From the NCBI GenBank assembly GCA_965207185.1, contig OZ242271.1, forward strand, positions 64,806-128,805: a DNA stretch of 64,000 bases, written 5' to 3'. How positions within the stretch are numbered: the first letter of the stretch is position 1; each line of letters starts with the position of its first letter. Origin of the DNA: Chloroflexota bacterium. Its GTDB lineage: Bacteria > Chloroflexota > UBA11872. Made by a program: the position numbers and the translations under genes. The notes beneath the pieces were generated by a model. The model was not told where the DNA came from, searched no databases, and worked only from the letters and a program-made list of their open reading frames with translations. Positions 38,453 through 46,839 of this stretch are shown piece after piece.

Positions 38453-38824
38453 ATGGCTTTAAATCGGCTGTTTGGAAAGTTCCAGGTTGAAAGCGTTGAG
38501 AAACTAGAGGCGGATTATGGTCCGCTACTTGGACCTCAGGAAACGATAGAGACTGGTTTCAGAGTCATTCGTGACACCTTTGTTTTTACCAGCAATCGCC
38601 TCATCATTGTCGATGTCCAGGGGATCACCGGAAAAAAGCGCGAGTTCAAGTCTATTCCTTACAGCAAGATCACGATGTACAGCCTGGAGACGACAGGAAA
38701 CTTCGATTTGGATGCCGACCTCAAGATCTGGGTTGGCAGTTTCCGCGAACCAATCGAGAGGAAATTCACTGGAGACTCGAACGTCTACGAGCTCCAGCGG
38801 GTGCTGGCAAGCCACATTTCGTAA
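38453..38824 (+). CDS. Bacterial PH-domain (bPH/YdbT-like) protein in a low-GC islet
   Basis: It is 123 aa. The sequence ...RVIRDTFVFTSNRLIIVDVQGITGKKREFKSIPYSKITMYSLETTG... fits a bacterial pleckstrin-homology fold. The codon usage is A/T-rich, unlike the flanking genes. Confidence 0.6.
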   Translation: MALNRLFGKFQVESVEKLEADYGPLLGPQETIETGFRVIRDTFVFTSNRLIIVDVQGITGKKREFKSIPYSKITMYSLETTGNFDLDADLKIWVGSFREPIERKFTGDSNVYELQRVLASHIS

Positions 38825-38940
38825 GATCCCCCAACAGCCCGCACATAGCCGCCGGGGTGCGCGGTGGCGCGGCTGTCTGGCTGAAGCTAAGGAATGGCGC
38901 GAACCCGAATGCCGGCAGTGAGCCAGGAAGGACATCACGA

Positions 38941-39705
38941 ATGAACCAGCGTCTCGCCGACCGCGTGGCCGTCGTCACCGGTGCCGGCACCGGCATCGGC
39001 GTCGGCATCGCCCGCCGCCTGGCCCAGGAAGGCGCGCGCGTAGTCGTCTCCGCAGCCAGCAGCATCCAGGGCGCCCGCGACCTGGCTGAAGAGATCACCG
39101 CGTCAGGAGGATCGGCCCTGGCCGTGCAGGCCGACTTTCGAGATCCCACCACGGCCATCGATGTTGTAGAGACCGCGCTGAGCGCGTTCGGCGGCGTGGA
39201 CGTGCTGGTGAACAACGCCGGCTACACGCTCGACAAGCCCTTCCTGGAAACCACGCCGGACGATTGGTCGTCGCTGTTCAACATCAACGTCGAGGCCATG
39301 ATCGCCTCGTCCCACGCCGCCGCCCCGCACATGATCCAGCGCGGCGGCGGGCGCATCATCAACATCAGCTCCGTGCACGGCGCGCTGCACGCCAACGGTC
39401 ACGTCATCTACGGCGCAACCAAGGGCGCCATCAACGCCTTCACCCGCGCCCTTGCCGTCGAACTGGCCCCTCACCAGATCACCTCCAACGTCATCGCCCC
39501 CGGCGCCATCTACGTCGAACGCTACGACCGCGACAACCGCGACCTGGAAGCCATCCGCACATCCATCCCCAACCAGCGCCTCGGCTATCCCGACGACATC
39601 GCCGGCGCCGCCGCCTACCTGGCTTCCGACGAAGCCCGCTACGTCACCGGCGCCGTCCTCTACATCGACGGCGGCGTCACGTCGGCAATGGCGGTAACCG
39701 ACTAG
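38941..39705 (+). CDS. SDR-family short-chain dehydrogenase/reductase
   Basis: It has the cofactor-binding motif VAVVTGAGTGIGVGIARRLA, the NNAG motif and the catalytic YGATKGA (YxxxK). Confidence 0.85.
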   Translation: MNQRLADRVAVVTGAGTGIGVGIARRLAQEGARVVVSAASSIQGARDLAEEITASGGSALAVQADFRDPTTAIDVVETALSAFGGVDVLVNNAGYTLDKPFLETTPDDWSSLFNINVEAMIASSHAAAPHMIQRGGGRIINISSVHGALHANGHVIYGATKGAINAFTRALAVELAPHQITSNVIAPGAIYVERYDRDNRDLEAIRTSIPNQRLGYPDDIAGAAAYLASDEARYVTGAVLYIDGGVTSAMAVTD

Positions 39706-39835
39706 CCGGAAGCCATTTGTCGAGCGGTTGCCGCGGGCTTCGCCGCAACTGACTGCATCCCCGTTAGCGCCCGCCTGCGTATACCCTGCGCCCGGGCTCT
39801 GATCTGAGCCTTACGCATTAACACTGGGCGGGGTT

Positions 39836-40630
39836 ATGCGAAAACGGGCGGCTTGGGCGTTTTTTCTGGCAGCGGTATGGGCAACGGTCTCAATTTCATA
39901 CGCGGCGGCCCAATGGCCGACCACCTGCGTCGAGCTCAACGACATCGTCGAAGCCCACCTGGGCAACGACCATAACGTTGGCATCTATCAGAAAGTCTTC
40001 GGAGATCAGGCCGAACAGGCCTGTCGCAACGACCACCGCAATGACGTGCGCAGCGTCTTCGCCTGGGCCATCGGCGGCGACTCGTCTCCCATATCAACCG
40101 TCGAGCGCGGGCAAGTCCTGCGCATTCTCGACGGCGACACCATCGAGATCCGCTACCTCAGCGGCGGCGAAGCCGTCGTCGGACACATCGAGAAGGTTCG
40201 CTACCTCGGCATCGATACGCCCGAGAAAAACGAGCCGGGCGGCGCCGAAGCCACCGAATTCAACCGCGTACGCGTGGAAGGCCAGACGGTCCGGCTTGTC
40301 CGCGACGGACGCAACCGCGACAACTTCGGCCGCCTGCTGCGCCACGTCTTCGTGGTCTACCAGGGCCAGGAAATCGACGTCGTGGCGGCACTCATCGAGG
40401 CTGGGCACGTGACGGGCGGGAGTTCAACCACCCAGACCACTGGCACGGCTGAAACAGCCACGGCCCCGACGTCGTCTGGCACGGGCACGGAGTACGACTC
40501 GTGCGACGCCGCGGTAGCCGCCGGGGAACCGCGAGTCCAGGGCAGTTCCGGAAACGGCCGCGGCTTTCCGCAGGGAAGCGTGCCCTCCGCCCGCGACGGC
40601 GATGGCGACGGCGTGGTATGTGAAGTGTGA
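39836..40630 (+). CDS. Secreted thermonuclease (SNase-like) with a C-terminal Excalibur calcium-binding domain
   Basis: It has a signal peptide, an SNase core ([12 protein letters not shown]...[12 protein letters not shown]...GRLLRHVFV), a Thr/Gly-rich linker and the terminal [10 protein letters not shown] Excalibur motif. Confidence 0.75.
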   Translation: MRKRAAWAFFLAAVWATVSISYAAAQWPTTCVELNDIVEAHLGNDHNVGIYQKVFGDQAEQACRNDHRNDVRSVFAWAIGGDSSPISTVERGQVLRILDGDTIEIRYLSGGEAVVGHIEKVRYLGIDTPEKNEPGGAEATEFNRVRVEGQTVRLVRDGRNRDNFGRLLRHVFVVYQGQEIDVVAALIEAGHVTGGSSTTQTTGTAETATAPTSSGTGTEYDSCDAAVAAGEPRVQGSSGNGRGFPQGSVPSARDGDGDGVVCEV

Positions 40631-40635
40631 GCTTG

Positions 40636-41514
40636 TCAGCCGCCGATTGGCGCGGGATACACCAGCGGAATCCCCGGCGTTTCCACGCGCAGCCCATTGA
40701 TCTGCCAACGGCCCAGGCAGGCCATCAGCAGCAGCCGGCGGTCCCCGCCGCCAAAGACGATGTTGGTCGGCGACGAAATCGTCTCGTGCGTCGGATCGTC
40801 CACCAGCAACTGCAGGTGCCCGTCCGGGAGCATCCGGTAGATGCGGTCCGGCGTGTACATCGTGATGTGCAGCACGTCGTCCTCATCGAACTGCACGCCA
40901 TCCGGCATGTGGTCCGGCAGCACCGTCACCACCTGGCGCTCGCCGGCCGATCCGTCGTCCAGGATTCGAATGCGCGAGACCCCCGGCAGCCACGTCTCCA
41001 CCACGTACAGCCACTCGCCGTTCCGGTCCACGCACATCCCGTTCGTGAAATACCGCGACGCATCGCTGAACATCACCGTCTCGCCCGACGGCCTGATCCG
41101 AAAGATGCGGCCCGTGAATTCGCCCGCCGTCTGCGAGTCCGACACGTACAGGTCGCCCGACGGATGGAAACACGGATAGTTCGGCACCACCATCGGAACC
41201 TCGTCCGTGCCGACACTCAGTTCCGAAACGGCCCCGCCCCCGGCCCCAATACGCATCACCTTGTGCGCGCCAATGTCGCAGGCGTAAATGTTCGCGTCCC
41301 GGTCGCAGCACAGCCCCGCCACAAACCCTTCCAGCGAGGCAATCTGCTCGTACGTCCGCGCCTCCACGTCAATCCGGTAAATCTGCCCGGCTTCGCCGCC
41401 CGCGTACGCATACCCATCCGGCCCCCAGGTCACCCCCTCCGGATGATCCAGGTCCCCGGGCGCCCCGCCCACGATGAACTCAACATCACTAATCGGTCGC
41501 AGAGGTACGGCCAT
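40636..41514 (-). CDS. SMP-30/gluconolactonase/LRE-like beta-propeller protein
   Basis: It is about 292 aa with repeated propeller blades (...GPDGYAYAGGEAGQIYRID..., ...SGDLYVSDS..., ...NGMCVDRNGEWLYVVET...). The ATG at 41514 was chosen. The ORF-track start at 41562 adds a Cys-rich 16 aa. Confidence 0.7.
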   Translation of the reverse strand: MAVPLRPISDVEFIVGGAPGDLDHPEGVTWGPDGYAYAGGEAGQIYRIDVEARTYEQIASLEGFVAGLCCDRDANIYACDIGAHKVMRIGAGGGAVSELSVGTDEVPMVVPNYPCFHPSGDLYVSDSQTAGEFTGRIFRIRPSGETVMFSDASRYFTNGMCVDRNGEWLYVVETWLPGVSRIRILDDGSAGERQVVTVLPDHMPDGVQFDEDDVLHITMYTPDRIYRMLPDGHLQLLVDDPTHETISSPTNIVFGGGDRRLLLMACLGRWQINGLRVETPGIPLVYPAPIGG

Positions 41515-41854
41515 GGCAAGCCCCGGGAGATCGCATGCGCCGCTCACCGTACAGCAGTCCAACCCCCTGTTGTCACTTGTATGTTGCGACAGCCTCGCCA
41601 GGTGGCCGATCGGTGAAGTGGGCGCCAGGCGCGCCTCGACTGTAAGCCCCGGGTCAGTGGGATCTGTTGGGACCGGCTCGCAGCAGGAAACGGCGGTTCA
41701 ACCTGCCATCCAAATCAAATGCCCGGCGATCCGTTCTACTTCTCGACGCCGTGTTCTGACCAGGCTGAGACCTGAGCGCTCCTCAGCGCATGGCTCGATG
41801 AGGCACAGACGCCCCCAACCGCCCCGCGTCTTGAACACCCTCCGCATTAGTCAT

Positions 41855-41864
41855 ATCATTAGCT
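41855..41864. promoter_or_regulatory. Perfect palindrome ATTAGCTAAT in the vapBC promoter region (candidate antitoxin operator)
   Basis: The sequence cATTAGtcatatcATTAGCTAATacgac lies 25-35 nt upstream of the vapB ATG. The RBS GGAGAGG follows. Confidence 0.4.
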
Positions 41865-41888
41865 AATACGACAGGAGAGGAACCGGAA

Positions 41889-42134
41889 ATGGCAACGGTA
41901 AACGTCCACGAAGCCAAGACCCACCTGTCCCGCCTGCTGGCGCAGGTCGAGGCGGGCGACGAGGTAACCATCGCCCGCAACGGCAAGCCCGTCGCCCGGC
42001 TGGTGCCCTGTAAAAGGCGCGGCAAGCGACAGTTTGGCGCGATGAAGGGGAACAAGGAGTGGGAGAAGCTAAGCGACCTCGTCTTGCAGCCGCTGCCTCC
42101 TGACGAGTTAGCCTTATGGGAAGGTGGCTCGTAG
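41889..42134 (+). CDS. vapB: Type II antitoxin (Phd/YefM-like) of a VapBC pair
   Basis: It is 81 aa. The sequence MATVNVHEAKTHLSRLLAQVEAGDEVTIARNGKPVARLVP is the classic antitoxin N-terminus. It lies directly upstream of the PIN toxin. Confidence 0.8.
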   Translation: MATVNVHEAKTHLSRLLAQVEAGDEVTIARNGKPVARLVPCKRRGKRQFGAMKGNKEWEKLSDLVLQPLPPDELALWEGGS

Positions 42135-42521
42135 TTGCGGTTGCTGCTTGACACCCACGCCTTCATCTGGTGGGTGAATGGGAACGAACGATTGTCACGG
42201 AGGGCACGCCGCGCCATCGACAACGATGCCAACGTCATATTCGTCAGCGCGGCCACCGCATGGGAGATAACCACCAAATACCGCCGGGGCAGACTGGATG
42301 AAGCCGAGGCTATGGCGCCCGACATCGCCGGAGCCGTCGCCGCCCAGGGCTTCGAAGAGCTACCCATCACCGTCGCCGAAGCCGCCCGCGCCGGCACCCT
42401 CCCCAGCCCCCACCGCGACCCTTTCGACCGCATGCTCATCGCCCAGGCCCTATCACGCGACCTCGTCCTCATCTCCAACGAAACCATCTTCGACCGCTAC
42501 CCCATCCACCGCCTCTGGTAA
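42135..42521 (+). CDS. vapC: PIN-domain toxin VapC
   Basis: The N-terminus MRLLLDTHAFIWW is a PIN signature. The acidic residues D6, E44 and D96 appear to be in place. The start codon is TTG immediately after the vapB stop. Confidence 0.8.
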   Translation: MRLLLDTHAFIWWVNGNERLSRRARRAIDNDANVIFVSAATAWEITTKYRRGRLDEAEAMAPDIAGAVAAQGFEELPITVAEAARAGTLPSPHRDPFDRMLIAQALSRDLVLISNETIFDRYPIHRLW

Positions 42522-42584
42522 CCACGAGATTCCGCCCGCCTCCCACGATGACCTGGCAGGCCAGCACATCTGACGTCGACAACG

Positions 42585-42797
42585 GCGCCCAAGAATCCGG
42601 CAATGGCAACGGTGAACGTCCGCGAAGCGAAAACCCACCGGTCGCGCCTGCTGGCACGTAACCATGCGGGACTCCCCCACGGCCTAACTCTTGACGACCC
42701 AACAAAGGTGCTCTCATCGCCGGCCACTAACCACCAGCCACTGTCCCGCGTAGACTCAAGTAAGGCGCAGCGGCTGCCCCGTAAACCCCAACCATGA
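42585..42797 (+). pseudogene. Remnant / partial duplication of the vapB 5' end (RBS plus first ~19 codons), degenerate thereafter
   Basis: The sequence ccggcaATGGCAACGGTGAACGTCCGCGAAGCGAAAACCCACCGGTCGCGCCTGCTGGC is about 85% identical to the vapB start region at 41880-41945. The remaining reading frame is low-complexity and runs into the moaA start. Confidence 0.5.
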
Positions 42798-43840
42798 ACG
42801 CCACGACCACCCTTTCCACCGTCACCGACACCCTCGGACGCGAAATGCGCGACCTGCGCATCTCCGTCACCGATCGCTGCAACTTCCGCTGCCCCTACTG
42901 CATGCCCGCCGAGGTCTTCGGCGCCCGCTACGCCTTTCTGCCCAAGCCCGAAATCCTCACCTTCGAGGAAATCCAGCGCCTCACCCGCCTCTTCGTCGAC
43001 CTCGGCATCCGCAAGCTCCGCCTCACCGGCGGCGAACCACTGCTCCGAGCCGACCTGCCGACCTTGGTGCGGATGCTCACGCAGATCGACGGCGTGGAGG
43101 ACACCGCCCTCACAACCAACGGGTACCTGCTGCCGCGGCATGCGCAGGCACTGCGGGAAGCCGGCCTGGACCGCCTCACCGTAAGTCTCGACAGCCTTGA
43201 CGACGACGTATTCAAGCGCATGAACGGACGCGAAATCAGCGTCGAACCCGTGCTGGAGGGCATCCGCGCCGCCGAAGCCGCCGGGTTCGACCAGGTCAAG
43301 ATCAACTGCGTCGTCCAACGCGGTGTCAACGACGAAGCCGTGGCCGAGCTGGCCCGCCACTTCAAGGGCACGGGCCACATCGTTCGCTTCATCGAGTACA
43401 TGGACGTCGGCAACCTCAACCACTGGGTCCTATCGGAGGTCGTGCCGGCCCGTGAAATCGTGGAGCGAGTGAACGAAGTCGCTCCCATCGAGCCGGCCGC
43501 CCCCAACTACCGCGGCGAAGTCGCCAACCGCTACCGCTACACCGACGGATCGGGCGAGATTGGCGTTATCTCCTCCGTCAGCCAACCCTTCTGCGGCGAC
43601 TGCACCCGCGCCCGCCTCTCAACCGACGGCCATCTCCTCACCTGCCTCTTCGCCGCCGGCGGAACCGACCTCAAAACCCCGCTCCGCGCCGGCGCCACCG
43701 ACCACGAACTCCGCGCCCTGATCCAAGGCATCTGGACCGCCCGCACCGACCGCTACTCCGAAGAACGCGCCGGCCTCCTGGACGAAACTGGCCACCCCCA
43801 CAGCGCCCGCAAAGTCGAGATGTACCAAATCGGCGGCTAA
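42794..43840 (+). CDS. moaA: GTP 3',8-cyclase MoaA (radical SAM, molybdenum cofactor biosynthesis)
   Basis: It has the CNFRCPYCMP radical-SAM motif and a C-terminal second-cluster Cys triad CGDCTRARLSTDGHLLTCL. Confidence 0.9.
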   Translation: MNATTTLSTVTDTLGREMRDLRISVTDRCNFRCPYCMPAEVFGARYAFLPKPEILTFEEIQRLTRLFVDLGIRKLRLTGGEPLLRADLPTLVRMLTQIDGVEDTALTTNGYLLPRHAQALREAGLDRLTVSLDSLDDDVFKRMNGREISVEPVLEGIRAAEAAGFDQVKINCVVQRGVNDEAVAELARHFKGTGHIVRFIEYMDVGNLNHWVLSEVVPAREIVERVNEVAPIEPAAPNYRGEVANRYRYTDGSGEIGVISSVSQPFCGDCTRARLSTDGHLLTCLFAAGGTDLKTPLRAGATDHELRALIQGIWTARTDRYSEERAGLLDETGHPHSARKVEMYQIGG

Positions 43841-44132
43841 CGCCGCAGCATTAGATCCTTCGAAGGGTCGTCAGCCGAGGGGTCCGCCGCCCATGCTTGC
43901 TGGCGAGCCGCCAGTGAACTTATCGATCCTGTTAGATCCCAAGTCGGCCGGCTGGTTCGCCGCCTTGCCGATGTCCACCAGCGCCCGCCTGGTAACTCCG
44001 CCTAGAAACCGCAGAACGCGCATGTTGACGCCAGTCTCGGACTGGAACACTCAACGCGCGACGCAATCACGCCGGGGTCTGTTTCTCACGTGCCACCAGG
44101 ATGCCTGCCGGTCAGAGCTTCGACTTCCGCCG

Positions 44133-44262
44133 AACTGAATCCCCTCCCGTCTCGAACGGAACACCTCGGGACCCAGACTGAACAAATTTGCGGTCAAAGT
44201 GAACACTATCGCCGCAATAATGGACACATTCTCGGCCAAACTGAACACCTATCCACCTGGGC
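44133..44262. repeat. Degenerate tandem array of ~21-22 bp units with a conserved (A)CTGAACA(C) core, six iterations
   Basis: The core positions are 44134 (ACTGAATC), 44156 (ACGGAACA), 44177 (ACTGAACA), 44199 (AGTGAACA), 44220 (ATGGACAC) and 44240 (ACTGAACA). The spacing is 21-22 bp. The array lies in a lower-GC, non-coding stretch. Confidence 0.6.
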
Positions 44263-44672
44263 CTTGGTCCGGACACCCCTAGGAGCGCCCTCCGCTCATG
44301 CACCCACGTCGCGCACCAACCGCTAAACCCCTTGCCATTCGTAATCATACAGTGCACGCTAGATTTACCGCCTCCTACCCTTCCCACGAGTCCTCATGAC
44401 CGCCCCCGTCTGGCAGTTCCATCTGGCATCCCTCGTCACGCTCTCCCAGTCATCCCAACGCATACAACCCGCGCTGGCCCCCGACGATGCAACTGCTCTA
44501 CCGTCCGGACGAAGAGGGATCGGCGGCGAAGACACGAGATTCCATGTGAACCAGGCAGAAACCGCCTCTGAGTTGCCCTCGACGCAACTGTGCATGGTGA
44601 GTGACGCCGCCAGCGTCCACGATATGCCGGGGCGGTGAGCTGGCGTCAGGCACGAACTGGAGAAGTACGGAC

Positions 44673-45692
44673 ATGCGAACGCTTAGGTTGGGGCTGGCTG
44701 GGCTTGGGCATGGACGGACGCTGCTGCAAGCGAACCTGCCGGAGTTCGACGACTTGCCGGCGCGGGTGGCTGCGGTCTGCGACACGAATGGCGAGTTGAT
44801 GGCGTCGATGGCCACCGAATATGAGGTGGAAATCGCTACCTCGAACTACGACGAGATGGTGTCTCGCGACGACCTGGACATCATCGGGATCTATACGCCC
44901 GGGCCGCTGCACTGCGAGCAGATCCTGGCGGCGCTGGACGCCGGGAAGCACGTGATGGTGACGAAATCGATGGTGTATTCGATGGCCGAGGTGGAGCAGG
45001 TCGTCGAGGCGGTCGATCGCACTGGCCGCGTGCTATTGGTGACGCAGTCGCTGCGGGGGCGCCTGGACTTCATGGACGCAAAGCGGGCCTGCAATGCGGG
45101 GGAGATCGGCGAGCTATTCATGGCGGAAGCGCACTACGTGCACGACCTGCGGCCCGTTTATCGAGCGACGCCCTGGCGAACCGCCATGCCGCAAGACCTA
45201 ATCCTGGGCGGGGCCTGTCACCCGATTGACCTGCTGCGCTGGTTCATGGGCGACATCGATGAGGTGCATTGCGTGGGCCTGCGCAGCGGGGTGGCACCGG
45301 ACTACCCGCAGGAAGACTGCTTCTTCATCAACGTGCGGTTCACCAGCGGCAAGGTGGGCCGCGTGGCGAACCTGCTGGGGATGGTTCACCCGCACGGCGA
45401 GGCGGCCAACGGCCTGACCGTCTACGGCACCAAGGGTACGATCCGGGACAACGTGAAGACGCTGGACGCCGAAGGCGATCTGCCGCAACGAGCCTACGTA
45501 ACCGAACTCCCGCCGCACAGCGGCCACGCGGGCGAAATGATCGTGATGTTGCGCCACATGGCGGATTGCGTGCTGAACGATACGAAGCCGTGGGTAGGTG
45601 TTCGCGAGGGCGCTCGGGTGGTGTCGACGGGGCTGGCGGCGTGGGAGTCGCTTAGGACGGGGCAGACGGTGAAGGTCAGAAACGAGTTCTAG
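44673..45692 (+). CDS. Gfo/Idh/MocA family oxidoreductase
   Basis: The N-terminus MRTLRLGLAGLGHGRTL... is a Rossmann fold. The sequence ...DIIGIYTPGPLHCEQILAALDAGKHVMVTKSM... is also present. The RBS GGAGAAG lies upstream. Confidence 0.8.
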   Translation: MRTLRLGLAGLGHGRTLLQANLPEFDDLPARVAAVCDTNGELMASMATEYEVEIATSNYDEMVSRDDLDIIGIYTPGPLHCEQILAALDAGKHVMVTKSMVYSMAEVEQVVEAVDRTGRVLLVTQSLRGRLDFMDAKRACNAGEIGELFMAEAHYVHDLRPVYRATPWRTAMPQDLILGGACHPIDLLRWFMGDIDEVHCVGLRSGVAPDYPQEDCFFINVRFTSGKVGRVANLLGMVHPHGEAANGLTVYGTKGTIRDNVKTLDAEGDLPQRAYVTELPPHSGHAGEMIVMLRHMADCVLNDTKPWVGVREGARVVSTGLAAWESLRTGQTVKVRNEF

Positions 45693-45707
45693 GTCGGTCG
45701 CAACAAG

Positions 45708-46778
45708 TCAGGCACTGGCGAGCGTGCGGGCCAAGGTGACCGACTGCTGGAAGACGTGGTAGTGGGCGCCGCCGGTTAGCAGGTCGTCGAGGCGGAGCCG
45801 GGGCCGGGTTGGCGGCGGGCGACGAACGGCGACGTGGGTGATGGGGGCAAGGTCCGACTGGCAGTCGACCACGATGTCCTCAGGGGACGGCATGTGAGCG
45901 AGGTAACTGCTGGTCGGGGCGGTGAGCCTGACCATTTCGATCAGGGCATTCGGAGTTGACGACGGCTCACAGATGACATCGACGGCATGGCCATCCGACG
46001 TGAGCCGCCAGCCCTGCGTCGTGCGGCGATCCAGCCGCCAACCGAGGCGAGACGCCATCCAGCCGACGAGCAATAGCGCAGCGGCGTGGCCGCCCTGAGA
46101 CTGTTGGACGGCCAGCTCCACCGACCTGACATGCTCAAGGTCAAGGCGGGCGGCAGGCTGGTCGAAGGCCTGCGCGAATGCCTGCCGCCAGGCGAGCATG
46201 CGTAGCCAGAGGGCATCGGTCACGCGGGCGTGGTGACTGCCGGTCACGATGTCGTCGAGCACCCTAAAGTCGGCGGCAAGGTCGTTCATCGCGCTGGAGT
46301 CGACGAGGATGCGGTCGGCGATGTCCAGCATGTCCTCGAATAGATGGTCGTCTGTCACGGCGGGACCGTTCCACCAGACCACGGTGGGAATGCCGCTGGC
46401 GGACCAGCTGGCGGCGATGGCGGCCCCTTCCTCGAACGCACGGCCTTCGAGGGCGGCAGTCAGCAACTCGCCGCGAATGGCGGCTACGCCGTCCGACCTT
46501 CGGGCGGCCAGGAGGCCGACGCGTACGGGGTCGGAACTTCGGGCGGTGTCGGGGTCGTTGACGAGGGCGATGACGCGGCTCGGATAGGCGGACACGACAG
46601 GTTTCGTTTCGGCTTCGATTTCTTTCCAGTCGGTGGGCCTGGGATAGCGGGCCACGATGGTGGCCAGGAGCATCTGCGCGTTGAGTTCGGCGCCTTCATC
46701 GGCGGCCTGCCGGGCGGCTTGTTCGCGCAGGCGGGCGAGGGCAGGGAGGGTCTCGGGGACGGAGGTCGTGAGGTTCAT
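45708..46778 (-). CDS. opcA: Glucose-6-phosphate dehydrogenase assembly protein OpcA
   Basis: It is about 356 aa and lies directly downstream of zwf on the same strand, which is the typical zwf-opcA pairing. The ATG at 46778 (MNLTTSV...) was chosen. The ORF-track extension to 47024 is low-complexity. Confidence 0.7.
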   Translation of the reverse strand: MNLTTSVPETLPALARLREQAARQAADEGAELNAQMLLATIVARYPRPTDWKEIEAETKPVVSAYPSRVIALVNDPDTARSSDPVRVGLLAARRSDGVAAIRGELLTAALEGRAFEEGAAIAASWSASGIPTVVWWNGPAVTDDHLFEDMLDIADRILVDSSAMNDLAADFRVLDDIVTGSHHARVTDALWLRMLAWRQAFAQAFDQPAARLDLEHVRSVELAVQQSQGGHAAALLLVGWMASRLGWRLDRRTTQGWRLTSDGHAVDVICEPSSTPNALIEMVRLTAPTSSYLAHMPSPEDIVVDCQSDLAPITHVAVRRPPPTRPRLRLDDLLTGGAHYHVFQQSVTLARTLASA

Positions 46779-46839
46779 TCCCGGGTTCGAGGACTTGCAC
46801 AGTCGCCGAGAGTTACAGCGGCGATGGCGCCTGTGGCGC

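Noticed and set aside
38857-38940. An upstream extension of the SDR gene into the low-GC islet boundary.
   Set aside because: The canonical SDR N-terminus (MNQRLADRVAVVTGAGTGIG) starts at ATG 38941 and the extension is out of character.
42497-43423. A 308-aa minus-strand ORF.
   Set aside because: It lies antisense to moaA, which has an unmistakable radical-SAM CxxxCxxC motif, and the ORF has no motifs of its own.
44133-44262. The 21-22 bp array considered as a CRISPR array.
   Set aside because: The units are contiguous and degenerate, with no ~30-40 bp unique spacers, and there are no cas genes in the window.
44090-44326. A 78-aa ORF with a heptad-like periodic peptide, considered as a repeat peptide or RiPP precursor.
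   Set aside because: I did not call it as a gene because it has no spaced Shine-Dalgarno (AGGA abuts the ATG), its composition is atypical, and the periodicity is equally explained by the underlying 21-bp DNA repeat. It is kept as an alternative in the findings.
43861-44672. A tRNA, rRNA or known riboswitch in the long non-coding stretch, and also in 41563-41888.
   Set aside because: I could not fold a convincing cloverleaf or recognise conserved riboswitch cores by eye. This needs tRNAscan or Rfam to exclude formally.
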